Source: a bacterium
GTDB taxonomy: Bacteria; Armatimonadota; Zipacnadia; Zipacnadales; Zipacnadaceae
Direction of reading: 5' to 3'
Length of the DNA: 64,000 nucleotides
Assembly: GCA_030603495.1 (NCBI GenBank)
Contig: JAUVXR010000010.1
Coordinates: forward strand, 5,499-69,498
Shown here: piece after piece, positions 41,895 to 50,216 of the stretch
How positions within the stretch are numbered: position 1 is the stretch's first letter
Layout of the letters: each line of letters starts with the position of its first letter
Translations under genes and position numbers: made by a program
The notes under the pieces: model-generated
Databases searched by the model: none
What the model was told of the DNA's origin: nothing
What the model saw: only the letters and a program-made list of their open reading frames with translations

Positions 41895-42592
41895 GCTCCC
41901 GCTTGCTCACCGGCCATCTGGAAGAAATTGCTCAGGATCTCGCGGCCGTGCGGGTAGTACTCGGTGTAGGCTTCCGGGTGAAACTGCACGCTGTATATGG
42001 GCCGGTGGCGATGGCGCATCGCCTGCAGCCGGCAGTGGTCGTTACTCGCCAGCAGGCGGAAGTCAGGTGAAAGCTGCTTGACCTCGCAGTAGTGGGCCTG
42101 CCGCAGGTAGAGCACCTCGGGCAGGCCGGCGAAGAGCGGATCGGGGTGCACCACGCGCACGGGCTGCATACCCTTCTCCACAAAATAGCCGGGCTGATAG
42201 TCCGGCTCCCAGTCGGCTTCCCCGGGCTGAAGCCGGCGCATCGGCTCGTCGTGCAAGGTCTGTACCACCCGGAAATCCTCGGTGAAGGCGTGCGCTACGA
42301 GCTGATGGCCTCCGCATATCCCCAGTACCGGCAGCTCAGTGCTGTGCAGCAGATCGTAGAGGCCGTACAGCTCGGTCATCTCCATCTCGTCCCAGCCGTG
42401 CCCGAAGCCGCTGATGATGACTGCGCGGAAGGGATAGTGACTCGCCGCTTCCGGGGTTATCCAGGGATAGCGCACCATCAGGCAGGGGCTACCGGAAAGC
42501 TGCTCAAAGCGCAGCTTGTGCTCGAAGGCCGACTGGCTCGCCCGCTCCAGGTAGTCTTCCTTCGATTTCGCCATCACCACATACAGAACCAT
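41891..42592 (-). CDS. Class I glutamine amidotransferase-like protein
   Basis: 'VLGICGGHQLVAHAF' catalytic Cys nucleophile-elbow motif and a downstream His ('SVQFHPE'). Confidence 0.75.
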   Translation of the reverse strand: MVLYVVMAKSKEDYLERASQSAFEHKLRFEQLSGSPCLMVRYPWITPEAASHYPFRAVIISGFGHGWDEMEMTELYGLYDLLHSTELPVLGICGGHQLVAHAFTEDFRVVQTLHDEPMRRLQPGEADWEPDYQPGYFVEKGMQPVRVVHPDPLFAGLPEVLYLRQAHYCEVKQLSPDFRLLASNDHCRLQAMRHRHRPIYSVQFHPEAYTEYYPHGREILSNFFQMAGEQAGA

Positions 42593-42730
42593 TTGGGCAC
42601 CTCTTTCGTTTAAGTACGCGAGCGTCAGAGGACAGCGGGAAGACCAATCAGAAAAACCCCGTGGAAAGTTCTTCGGAAAAAAGGTTTAAGGTGCCGCTTT
42701 ACCTGGTATTATCTAGACAATTAGCTACTC

Positions 42731-42790
42731 GATTAGAGTAAAACCGGACGATACTGCCTGAGCCATCCGCTCAGGCAGTCGTCTTTTGGG
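42731..42790. terminator. Bidirectional rho-independent terminator hairpin (copy 1 of a duplicated pair)
   Basis: 'gacgatactgcctgagc-catccg-gctcaggcagtcgtc' followed by tttt on the plus strand, and by cggtttt on the minus strand. Confidence 0.6.
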
Positions 42791-42794
42791 GTCC

Positions 42795-42895
42795 GTGCGG
42801 GTAGCGCACCCTCAGGCACGGTCAACCAGCCAGCTCCGCGGACCACACGCTGAGATAGTCTTTTTCCGACTTCGCCATCACTGCAAACAGAACAT
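42795..42895 (-). pseudogene. Decayed duplicate of the 5' end of the 41891-42592 GATase gene (ATG, 'MFCLQ*', then an out-of-frame 'MAKSEKDYL...PCLRVRYP'). The 42733-42942 track ORF is spurious.
   Basis: About 80% nucleotide identity to the first ~50 nt of the real gene ('atggttctgtatgtggtgatggcgaaatcgaaggaagactac' vs 'atgttctgtttgcagtgatggcgaagtcggaaaaagactat'), with an internal deletion and a frame break. Confidence 0.5.
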
Positions 42896-43035
42896 TTTGG
42901 TCTCCTCCGGCGTCTATAGCAATTGACGGCCAGAGGGCACACCCAAGCTAATCTAAAGAATTGCTGGAAAATTCTTTGGAAAAAGCTTCAGGAAACCGCC
43001 CGATGTGCCGATACCAGTAGTCGAGCAGCAACTCA

Positions 43036-43093
43036 ATCAGAGTAAAACCGGACGATACTGCCTGAGCTACCCGCTCAGGCAGTCGTCTTTTGG
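43036..43093. terminator. Bidirectional rho-independent terminator hairpin (copy 2), ~95 nt downstream of the pentapeptide/K+-channel gene stop
   Basis: Near-identical to 42731-42790 except for the loop (tacccg vs catccg). Flanked by T-runs on both strands. Confidence 0.65.
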
Positions 43094-43186
43094 GCTGCCG
43101 ATTTGCCAGCTCTAGTCTGCTGTTGCTGTCTGTACGGGCGAATGTCCTGAGAGTGTCGAAGGACATCCGCCCGTTGTGCTTACCGC

Positions 43187-44842
43187 TCACCGACTATACT
43201 TCCTGACGATGCAGATCAAGAACAGCGACATCATCACGATCCCCAACACGGCCTCCAGGCCAGCCAGAGCGCGACCAATTCCTGGAGCTGGGGCCAGGTC
43301 AGCATAGCCCAGACTGGTAAAGGTTATCACACTGAAATAGAGCGCCGTCCAAAAGCTGTGCACAACGCCATTCGGGGTGGCGGCATCAACCTCGGTCCCA
43401 GCCTTCAGGTCAGCCACGCCAGCCCATGTATGGCAGCCAGCAAAGATCAAGATGAGAGCGAGAATCCACCCCACAATCCAACTGGGCCGCTCGCCATAGC
43501 CGCACAAGAGGTACATCGCCGCCCACATCGCCCGGTAGCCCATCAGCCACGCCCACACAGCAAACGGCACCGAGGCACCTGCGAGGGCGAACCACCACGG
43601 ATTCTCAGCCGGCACGCGAGCCATACCTAGAACGAGCGCCACTGCGACTGGGAAGAGTAGGAGAAGGACGCCGCAGCGGCCCCAGAAAGCAGCAAAGAAA
43701 GCCTGCTTCTGGTCTTGCACCATTTGGGCCCGCTTGCACTCCATCTCGCGGACGAAAAACTCTCCGGCGGTCTGATAATCTCCTGATTCCTGATAATTCA
43801 GCTTGAGCTGGCGGTATACTGCCTCGCATTCGCTGAAGCTCGGACGATTGTCCTCCTTCAGCCCATCGTGCAGCGCTTTGGCTTTCTCCCATTCTTGATC
43901 GCTGTAGGCACAGCGTTCGTCACGGATATGGTATTCGGTCCAGCGCATCTTGCGCAGACGCCACCACCGGCAGATTCCGCGCAGGCCGATCCAGCCACAC
44001 CTCTGCCAGGGGAACCAGCGCCGCGTCACAGAAAACCCGAAGGTTGCGTGGGCGAGATTGGCTTCGGGAGCAATGGTCGCCGCCGCCAAGAGTGCTCCTT
44101 GTAGACGCGCATGTCGCAGCACCGGGATCTCTGTGATAGCAAGGTCCATGTCACGGTCAGTCTTCTGGCAGGGCACAATGATGGCGTGGCGTAAGTGAGC
44201 GTTGAATAGTCTTGCCCCGCCCAGCTTAGCGCCGTGCAGATTGGCGCCGCCCAAGTTGGCGCTGTGCAAGTCAATGTCCCCCATCTTGGCAAGTTGCAGC
44301 TTGGCGCGCCCAAGGTTTGCGCCTCGCAGTTTGGCACATCCCAGGTCGGCGCCCCGCAGGTCCGTAGCTCGCAGGGAAGCACGCTGCAGGTTGGCATCTC
44401 CCAGGTGAGCGCGCTGCAGGTTCGCACCGAAGAAGTCAGCGCCCTGCAGATTGGCATCTTGGAGGTAAGCGCTCTGCAGGTTCGCACCTCGCAGGTAAGC
44501 GCGCTGCAGGTTCCCATCTACCAGGTAAGCACCCTCCAAGTTGCCACGGAAGAGGTTAGCGCGCTGCAGGTAGGCGCCCCGCTCCACCACTTCCTCCAGC
44601 CGGGCCTTCAGGTCAAGATCGGTTTTTCGGTCTCGCTGGGAGTGGAAGTAGCACAGGCGCTCGTCGCGGCCAATATCGTCATCGGGCACGCACAGCCCGC
44701 AGCGCCGGTCCTGAACGCTTCTTCTCTCGTACTCGTAATCTTCCTCGAACTCATACTGGCAGCGCTGCTCTGGTGGCAAGTCATCCAGCTCCGGCCCGTG
44801 ATTGACCCAGTCTGGCTCGTTGGCGTTGCACATTGTTCTCAC
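43187..44842 (-). CDS. Pentapeptide-repeat protein fused to a C-terminal K+-channel-like pore domain (TM - pore helix - 'TSLGYAD' filter - TM)
   Basis: A long run of A(N/D)L(Q/R)xA pentapeptide repeats, then membrane helices and a selectivity-filter-like 'FSVITFTSLGYADLAP'. Confidence 0.75.
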   Translation of the reverse strand: MRTMCNANEPDWVNHGPELDDLPPEQRCQYEFEEDYEYERRSVQDRRCGLCVPDDDIGRDERLCYFHSQRDRKTDLDLKARLEEVVERGAYLQRANLFRGNLEGAYLVDGNLQRAYLRGANLQSAYLQDANLQGADFFGANLQRAHLGDANLQRASLRATDLRGADLGCAKLRGANLGRAKLQLAKMGDIDLHSANLGGANLHGAKLGGARLFNAHLRHAIIVPCQKTDRDMDLAITEIPVLRHARLQGALLAAATIAPEANLAHATFGFSVTRRWFPWQRCGWIGLRGICRWWRLRKMRWTEYHIRDERCAYSDQEWEKAKALHDGLKEDNRPSFSECEAVYRQLKLNYQESGDYQTAGEFFVREMECKRAQMVQDQKQAFFAAFWGRCGVLLLLFPVAVALVLGMARVPAENPWWFALAGASVPFAVWAWLMGYRAMWAAMYLLCGYGERPSWIVGWILALILIFAGCHTWAGVADLKAGTEVDAATPNGVVHSFWTALYFSVITFTSLGYADLAPAPGIGRALAGLEAVLGIVMMSLFLICIVRKYSR

Positions 44843-44980
44843 CCCAGGCCTATTTCGCTAGGGAGGGGTGGGAGTCCTGCGTGGGCGGGCGGCGGATAGA
44901 GGCAGACAACAGCAGACAGGAACAGAGAAAGGCAGAATGACGGCAGAAACGGCGGGGCGCAGCAAGCAGCGCCCCTACAA

Positions 44981-45045
44981 GTGAAAGGTGGACAGGCGAG
45001 ACGCCTGTCCTACCGGGCCGGGGGTATATGGACAGGCGGGACGCC
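44981..45045. repeat. Tandem GC-rich REP-like hairpins (A: ggacaggcgagacgcctgtcc; B': ggacaggcgggacgccctgcc)
   Basis: The same A hairpin as at 23033. It lies between the RmlC-like stop and the K+-channel gene start. Confidence 0.55.
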
Positions 45046-45049
45046 CTGC

Positions 45050-45544
45050 CTATCCTCCCCGAGTGTGCCATTCGAAGGGGATGTCGGGGTCGAAGGGGTC
45101 GCGGCGGAGCTCGTCGGGGTCGTCAGCGACGTAGTGCTCCGTCGGGATATTGAGCATGATGACCGTTTCCTCGTCCGCCGGCGTGAAGCCGTGCCAGACC
45201 AGCGGGGGAACACGCACCAGCAGTGGCTCGACAGGCTCACCATCCCGAGCAACGCCGAGGGACGGGTTGAGCATCCCGAGCATAATGGCCTGGGTCTGCC
45301 CACGGGTGGGCGAGTCTTCACGATCGTCGTACAGCCCCAGCTTGGCGGTGCCCCGCAGACAACAGAGGTGATCGTACTGGCGGGCGTGCGCGTGCCAGGC
45401 CTTGACTACCCCGGGATAGCACGTAGTTATGTAGACCTGCCCGAACTTGCTGAATAGCTCGTCATCGTCGCGCAGGATCTCCATTAGATAGCCACGCTCA
45501 TCGGCAATTGGGCGCAGTTGCTTGGTGACTACCCCCTCAATCAT
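45050..45544 (-). CDS. dTDP-4-dehydrorhamnose 3,5-epimerase-like cupin (RmlC family)
   Basis: 'RGYLMEI...GQVYITTCYPGVVKAWHAH..Q.D..CC' matches the RmlC cupin signature. Confidence 0.72.
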   Translation of the reverse strand: MIEGVVTKQLRPIADERGYLMEILRDDDELFSKFGQVYITTCYPGVVKAWHAHARQYDHLCCLRGTAKLGLYDDREDSPTRGQTQAIMLGMLNPSLGVARDGEPVEPLLVRVPPLVWHGFTPADEETVIMLNIPTEHYVADDPDELRRDPFDPDIPFEWHTRGG

Positions 45545-45567
45545 AAGCCGCTTCCCCTCGAGTTAGA

Positions 45568-46938
45568 TTACAGATTGCCGCGGTGTAATTCAGCGGTGGT
45601 CTCGGGCATTTGCACGCCGATATAGTGATTCTGAAAGTGCGCCTGCGTCGTGGCGATTATGTCTCCTTTGGTAATCCCCTGGATTTCGGCGGCTATCTGG
45701 TCAAAGCTGGCCGGGCCACCGCCCAGCACCTCGATCTCCCCGAGATGTGCCGCCAGTGTCGTCGGCCCCAGCATAATCCGGGCATGGCCGTTGATCAGGT
45801 TCTGCTTGGCCCGGCCTAGCTCCTCGGGACGGATCGCCCCATCGCGCAGTGAGTTGAGGTGGCGCAGAAGGGCCTGGTGAGTCTCTTCGACGGCACCAGG
45901 ATCGCACTCGGCATAGATTGCCAGGTGAGGTTGCCGGCTCAGCGCCACCGGCAGCACCTTCACCGGCGTGCGCTGCGCCAGCAAGCGAAAGGGGAGGTTC
46001 AACGCCAGGCTGTGCAGTAGTCCCCGGTCGCGCATCAGCCGCCCTTGTGCCCCACTCAGCACGTGATACAGGAGTTGACCGATTCGGAAGCCTTTGCCAG
46101 GAGGCGGTGATACGGGCACCCCCACTACCACCGTGGCCAGCCCGGTCAAGGGGTTACTGCCCGCCCGAACGCGGGAGTACTTATGTAGGACACGCTCCGG
46201 AGACGGGGCAACTATACCGTGCGCCAGCGAACCCAGTGCACCCTCCGCCATAGCGACAATCTCCTCGCGCGACGCCGGGGCTACCACAACCACTACAGCG
46301 TTCGCCGCCTGGAAATAGTTCTGGGCAAAGGTCCTGACCTGCTCGGTGGTGATCGCCGCTGTTGACTCCGACGTACCGAAAACCGGCCGGGCCGCAGCAA
46401 CATCGCCCAACATCGCTTCGCGGAAGAGGTAATAGGTTTGCTCAGCCACGCGCCTGGGCATATCCTCATATTCCTTGGCGAGACGCTGCCGGGACAGCTC
46501 GAGAAGCTCGGGCTGAATCTGCGGGGAGAATATGCCCTCGCTTACCAGCTCCATCAGGGAGCGGAGCTCTCGGGAGGGACAGCTCGCCCGCATCCGGAGG
46601 TAGTCCCACTCGACTCCCCACGCCGGCGCCCGGCCACTGCGAATGGCCTGCTGCAATGGCGCAAACCTTGCGTCGGTTTCCAGTAGCTCACGAACACGGG
46701 CACTGTTGTGCTCGTGGATGAGCGCCCGGATGCCGGGGGGCTCGTCCAGGTCAGCTCCTACCCGGAATCCCACAAAGACTCCGGCCACATCTGAGGCATA
46801 GTGCGGGCAAGCGACCACCGTCAAGCCGTTGCCGAGGACGGTCCGGGTGACCGGCGCAGCACCATCAGACGAGGCCGTTACCACGCCCACCAGAGCGGTA
46901 AGCACCAGCACAGGAAAAAGCCGAGTGACATGTCTCAT
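45568..46938 (-). CDS. M16-family peptidase-like protein (non-catalytic partner; lacks HxxEH)
   Basis: A signal peptide and an M16 fold without the zinc-binding HxxEH. It has a 4-nt overlap with the upstream active M16 gene. Confidence 0.72.
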   Translation of the reverse strand: MRHVTRLFPVLVLTALVGVVTASSDGAAPVTRTVLGNGLTVVACPHYASDVAGVFVGFRVGADLDEPPGIRALIHEHNSARVRELLETDARFAPLQQAIRSGRAPAWGVEWDYLRMRASCPSRELRSLMELVSEGIFSPQIQPELLELSRQRLAKEYEDMPRRVAEQTYYLFREAMLGDVAAARPVFGTSESTAAITTEQVRTFAQNYFQAANAVVVVVAPASREEIVAMAEGALGSLAHGIVAPSPERVLHKYSRVRAGSNPLTGLATVVVGVPVSPPPGKGFRIGQLLYHVLSGAQGRLMRDRGLLHSLALNLPFRLLAQRTPVKVLPVALSRQPHLAIYAECDPGAVEETHQALLRHLNSLRDGAIRPEELGRAKQNLINGHARIMLGPTTLAAHLGEIEVLGGGPASFDQIAAEIQGITKGDIIATTQAHFQNHYIGVQMPETTAELHRGNL

Positions 46939-48275
46939 GGCAGCCGGGCCTCCCAGCGGTCAGCGGCAGCCGGCTTGGGACGGATAACGACCAAGTTGTA
47001 GTTGTCCGGGCGCAGGTATTTCGCCGCTGTCTGTTGGACATCTTCGGCAGTTACCTCATTGATGAGGTCAATGTAGTCAATCGCGAACTGGTAGTCGTAG
47101 ATCGCTTCATAAAAGGAGAGCGATTCAACCTGGTCAGTATACGCCTCGTTGCTGAAGGCATACTGGCCGTAGATACGCTGCTTGGTCGCCGCGAGCAGCT
47201 CGTCACTGACGGGCGCGGCGCTAAGTTGCTCGATATTCCCGAGGATGGCCGCGCGCAGGTCCACCTCATAGGCTGGCTCAGTGACAGCAGTAATGCTAAA
47301 CAGCCCGGGCCAGCGTTGGGTCAGATAGCTAACGACCACGCCCGCCAGCAGCGGCTTGTCGCCCTCGGGTGCTTCCACCATCTGGTTGAGCCAATCGTCC
47401 ATAATCATATAGATGAGGTCCATCGCACAGACCTCGCGCTGGTTGGCAATGCCCGGCGCATGCCAAGCGAACTGAAGCAGAGTTATTGATCTCTCCAACT
47501 GCTCGATGCGCGTGCGGACCTCGGTCTGGGGCGGCTCGGCGGGGACCTGCGGCACCACCTTATCCCCCGGAGCATACCCACCGAAGCTCTCCTCAGCAAG
47601 CTCGAAAAAGGCCTCAGCATCCACATCACCGACCACGACGACAGCGGCGTTGTGGAGCCGATAGAATTGATTGTAGAAGGCGCGCACTGCGTGGACGTCG
47701 AGATCCTCGAGCTGAGTCGGAGAGCCCGGGATTGGCCGCCCGTAGGGATGCTCAGTATAGGCTAGCTGCCAGGTGAAGATGTTAGTCAGCTCAACGGTCG
47801 AGCTCAACCGATCCGCCATCTCCCGCAGGATGATACGCTTCTGCTGAGCCACCGCTTCAGCGGTGAATTTGGCTGCGAAAATGCTCTGGGCCAGGAGGGG
47901 AATCATCTGATCGAAGTATTCAGAGGAGCTCGCCAGAGTCACCTGGGTGAAGTCGCGCGTGACCACAGCATTGACGTAGCCGCCCATATCCTCGATCTGT
48001 GGACCGAACGCGTCTGTGCTCCTGTGTTCTTCGAAGAGTAGATGCTCGACCAGATGAGCCACACCGCTGTTGTGCTCAGTCTCATAACCCGAACCTGCCC
48101 CGATGACCAAGCCCAGGGCAACAACGGGCCATTGGCGCTCCGACTTGACTATCACCCGCAGTCCATTGTCCAGGGTCTTGGCCTGAATATGAGCGGGATC
48201 CAGGATAGGCGCGGCGACGGCACTCGCAGTCAACACGACTACTAGCAGGAGTGTCCAGGCAATTCGATGACTCAT
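46935..48275 (-). CDS. M16-family zinc peptidase (active; 'HLVEHLLFE')
   Basis: A signal peptide, the inverted zincin motif HxxEH ('GVAHLVEHLLFE') and a downstream Glu region. Confidence 0.8.
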   Translation of the reverse strand: MSHRIAWTLLLVVVLTASAVAAPILDPAHIQAKTLDNGLRVIVKSERQWPVVALGLVIGAGSGYETEHNSGVAHLVEHLLFEEHRSTDAFGPQIEDMGGYVNAVVTRDFTQVTLASSSEYFDQMIPLLAQSIFAAKFTAEAVAQQKRIILREMADRLSSTVELTNIFTWQLAYTEHPYGRPIPGSPTQLEDLDVHAVRAFYNQFYRLHNAAVVVVGDVDAEAFFELAEESFGGYAPGDKVVPQVPAEPPQTEVRTRIEQLERSITLLQFAWHAPGIANQREVCAMDLIYMIMDDWLNQMVEAPEGDKPLLAGVVVSYLTQRWPGLFSITAVTEPAYEVDLRAAILGNIEQLSAAPVSDELLAATKQRIYGQYAFSNEAYTDQVESLSFYEAIYDYQFAIDYIDLINEVTAEDVQQTAAKYLRPDNYNLVVIRPKPAAADRWEARLP

Positions 48276-48288
48276 ATAGCTACCTTCT

Positions 48289-49326
48289 TCATTCGTCAGG
48301 CCACGCCAGCATGACCGGCTTACCGGTGCGGGCCGATTCAGCAGTCGCGTTTATCACGCGAAGCGTCGTCACCATGTCCTGTATTGTCGCCCGAGGGGCA
48401 CAACCCGTCTCCAGACATTTCAGCAGGTCGGCGGTATACTGGAAGTAAGCCTGGTCGCCGTTAAGACCTTCGAAATCAAGCCGGGTACCGTCGCGGAACA
48501 GGACAGTGCCTGTAGCTACATTTCCACCAACGTATAGCGCATCAGTGGTAACCGAGAAGTAACGCTCGTACCCCTCAGGCATGACATAGCCCGCCTCACC
48601 GACACCGATAGCCCCATCCCCTCCTGTCATAACGACACTCACCATGTCTTCAATGTGCAGATTGTGAACGCCGCGGATGACGCGCGCATAGACTTCGACA
48701 ATGGGCTCACCAGCCAAGTAGACAAATGTATCCACCAGATGCGGCCCGAAGTTAAACAGCGCACCGCCCCCGGCTCGCGCCGGATCAAGCATCCAGCCAC
48801 AGCCCCAGTCAACGTAGCGGTGGGGCGCGCCGCCCAGCAGGCGATAGTAGTAGTGCTGAACTTGTCCGAGCTTGCCGACCCGCTTCAGTTCAGCAAGCTG
48901 TTCTACCACGCCCAGGTAACGGCTGACCAGAGCCACGCTGGTAAAGACTCGCTCGCTTTGAGCCTTCGCGGCAACTGGTGCGAGCTTGCGCCAGTCTATG
49001 CCCATCGGCTTTTCCATGTGAAAGGGCTGATGCCGCGCGACCAGCTCAGCGGCCAGCTCGGTCATCTCATCGTGGGGGGCATGGGCCATTACCAGATCCA
49101 CGTCTTCGCTGCCAAGAAGCTCCCGGTAGTCGCGGTAGCGACTCGCCGACAGCCCCTCGCCGATCTTAGTCAGGGCCTCCTCAGAGGGGTCGCTGATGGC
49201 TACGATCTCCGCGCCCAGCTTCTGAAGCGCCGGCAGATAGTATATGGCAGTATGCCAGTGACTTACTCCGACGAGCGCAACTCTCACTGTGACTAGTCTC
49301 CGTTCAGCCGATTCAACTCGGCGCAT
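48289..49326 (-). CDS. Gfo/Idh/MocA-family oxidoreductase (start at 'MRRVESAERRLVTVRVALVG')
   Basis: 'RVALVGVSHWHT' Rossmann motif and an 'EKPM' motif. Confidence 0.72.
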   Translation of the reverse strand: MRRVESAERRLVTVRVALVGVSHWHTAIYYLPALQKLGAEIVAISDPSEEALTKIGEGLSASRYRDYRELLGSEDVDLVMAHAPHDEMTELAAELVARHQPFHMEKPMGIDWRKLAPVAAKAQSERVFTSVALVSRYLGVVEQLAELKRVGKLGQVQHYYYRLLGGAPHRYVDWGCGWMLDPARAGGGALFNFGPHLVDTFVYLAGEPIVEVYARVIRGVHNLHIEDMVSVVMTGGDGAIGVGEAGYVMPEGYERYFSVTTDALYVGGNVATGTVLFRDGTRLDFEGLNGDQAYFQYTADLLKCLETGCAPRATIQDMVTTLRVINATAESARTGKPVMLAWPDE

Positions 49327-49354
49327 TGAGCCGGCTGGAGCTTCTTTCTCCGTA

Positions 49355-50206
49355 CTATGGTCTCTCACCTTGCCCCTCCGGGCACGGCAGCACTTCTCCC
49401 TGCCAACATGCCGCCAGTTCGGCGGTGGTGAGCAGGTCAATCTGGTTGTGCTGAAGGATCAGCGCCATCTCGTCGGTCGCGCCGGTATCCACAAAGCGGT
49501 GGTAGGCTGCCGGAATAAGCTCGCCGGGAATGTCGCCGCCCCGCCGCCGCCCACACAGATAGCTCTCCAGAGTAACCAGGCGATGGTCGGGCACTGGCAG
49601 GTCCCGTTGGCGGCGGGCTACCCAGAGTATGTCCAGATGCTGCTGGGGCTGCACAGTCCATTCCATGCGATGATAGCGACTGCGATCACGCAGGAAGGGT
49701 ACGTCAAAGGCCCGTCCATTGAAGCTGACCAGGATTTTCGCCTCAGCTAGCATCTCCAGAGCTGCTGCCAGAGTTGCGGCCTCCTCCGCATAGTCCCGGG
49801 CGAGCAGTTGATGGAAATGGGGGCCGTCGGCTCCGACGTGTAGCACGCCAACCAAGAACAGCGGTGTCGAGGAGAGACCCGTCGTCTCAATGTCCAGGAA
49901 TGCCACTTCGTGACGGGCCTCTACCGCGAAGGCCTCGTTCTGCACCAGTTCCTCGAATAGATCCACCGCGAGCTGCTCTGCCCATTGGCCAATGTCAGCG
50001 GGCATAAGCCGAATGCTGAGATAACTGCCGCGGCTGTGCTCCACCACCAGTCCGGGCGGCATTGTCGGGTTCGGGGCTATCACCGTGTCTGCCGGGCTGC
50101 CAGCGGGCGGAGCCTGCTCGGTAGGCTGCACCGCATCGCCGCCCGCATACTGGCCTCCAGCACGCAAAGCAGATAGTCGTCGCCGAGTGTGACGAGGTAG
50201 TAGCAT
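49355..50206 (-). CDS. RNase-H-like superfamily 3'-5' exonuclease (YprB-like)
   Basis: 'VAFLDIETTGLS' DEDD-type motif I and 'SFNGRAFDVPFL' motif II. Confidence 0.55.
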   Translation of the reverse strand: MLLPRHTRRRLSALRAGGQYAGGDAVQPTEQAPPAGSPADTVIAPNPTMPPGLVVEHSRGSYLSIRLMPADIGQWAEQLAVDLFEELVQNEAFAVEARHEVAFLDIETTGLSSTPLFLVGVLHVGADGPHFHQLLARDYAEEAATLAAALEMLAEAKILVSFNGRAFDVPFLRDRSRYHRMEWTVQPQQHLDILWVARRQRDLPVPDHRLVTLESYLCGRRRGGDIPGELIPAAYHRFVDTGATDEMALILQHNQIDLLTTAELAACWQGEVLPCPEGQGERP

Positions 50207-50216
50207 TATTTCCGGC

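Noticed and set aside
42948-43190. 80-aa minus ORF between the K+-channel gene and the duplicated leader
   Set aside because: It spans the terminator hairpin and diverged leader copy. There is no RBS and it has low complexity. It is more likely non-coding leader sequence.
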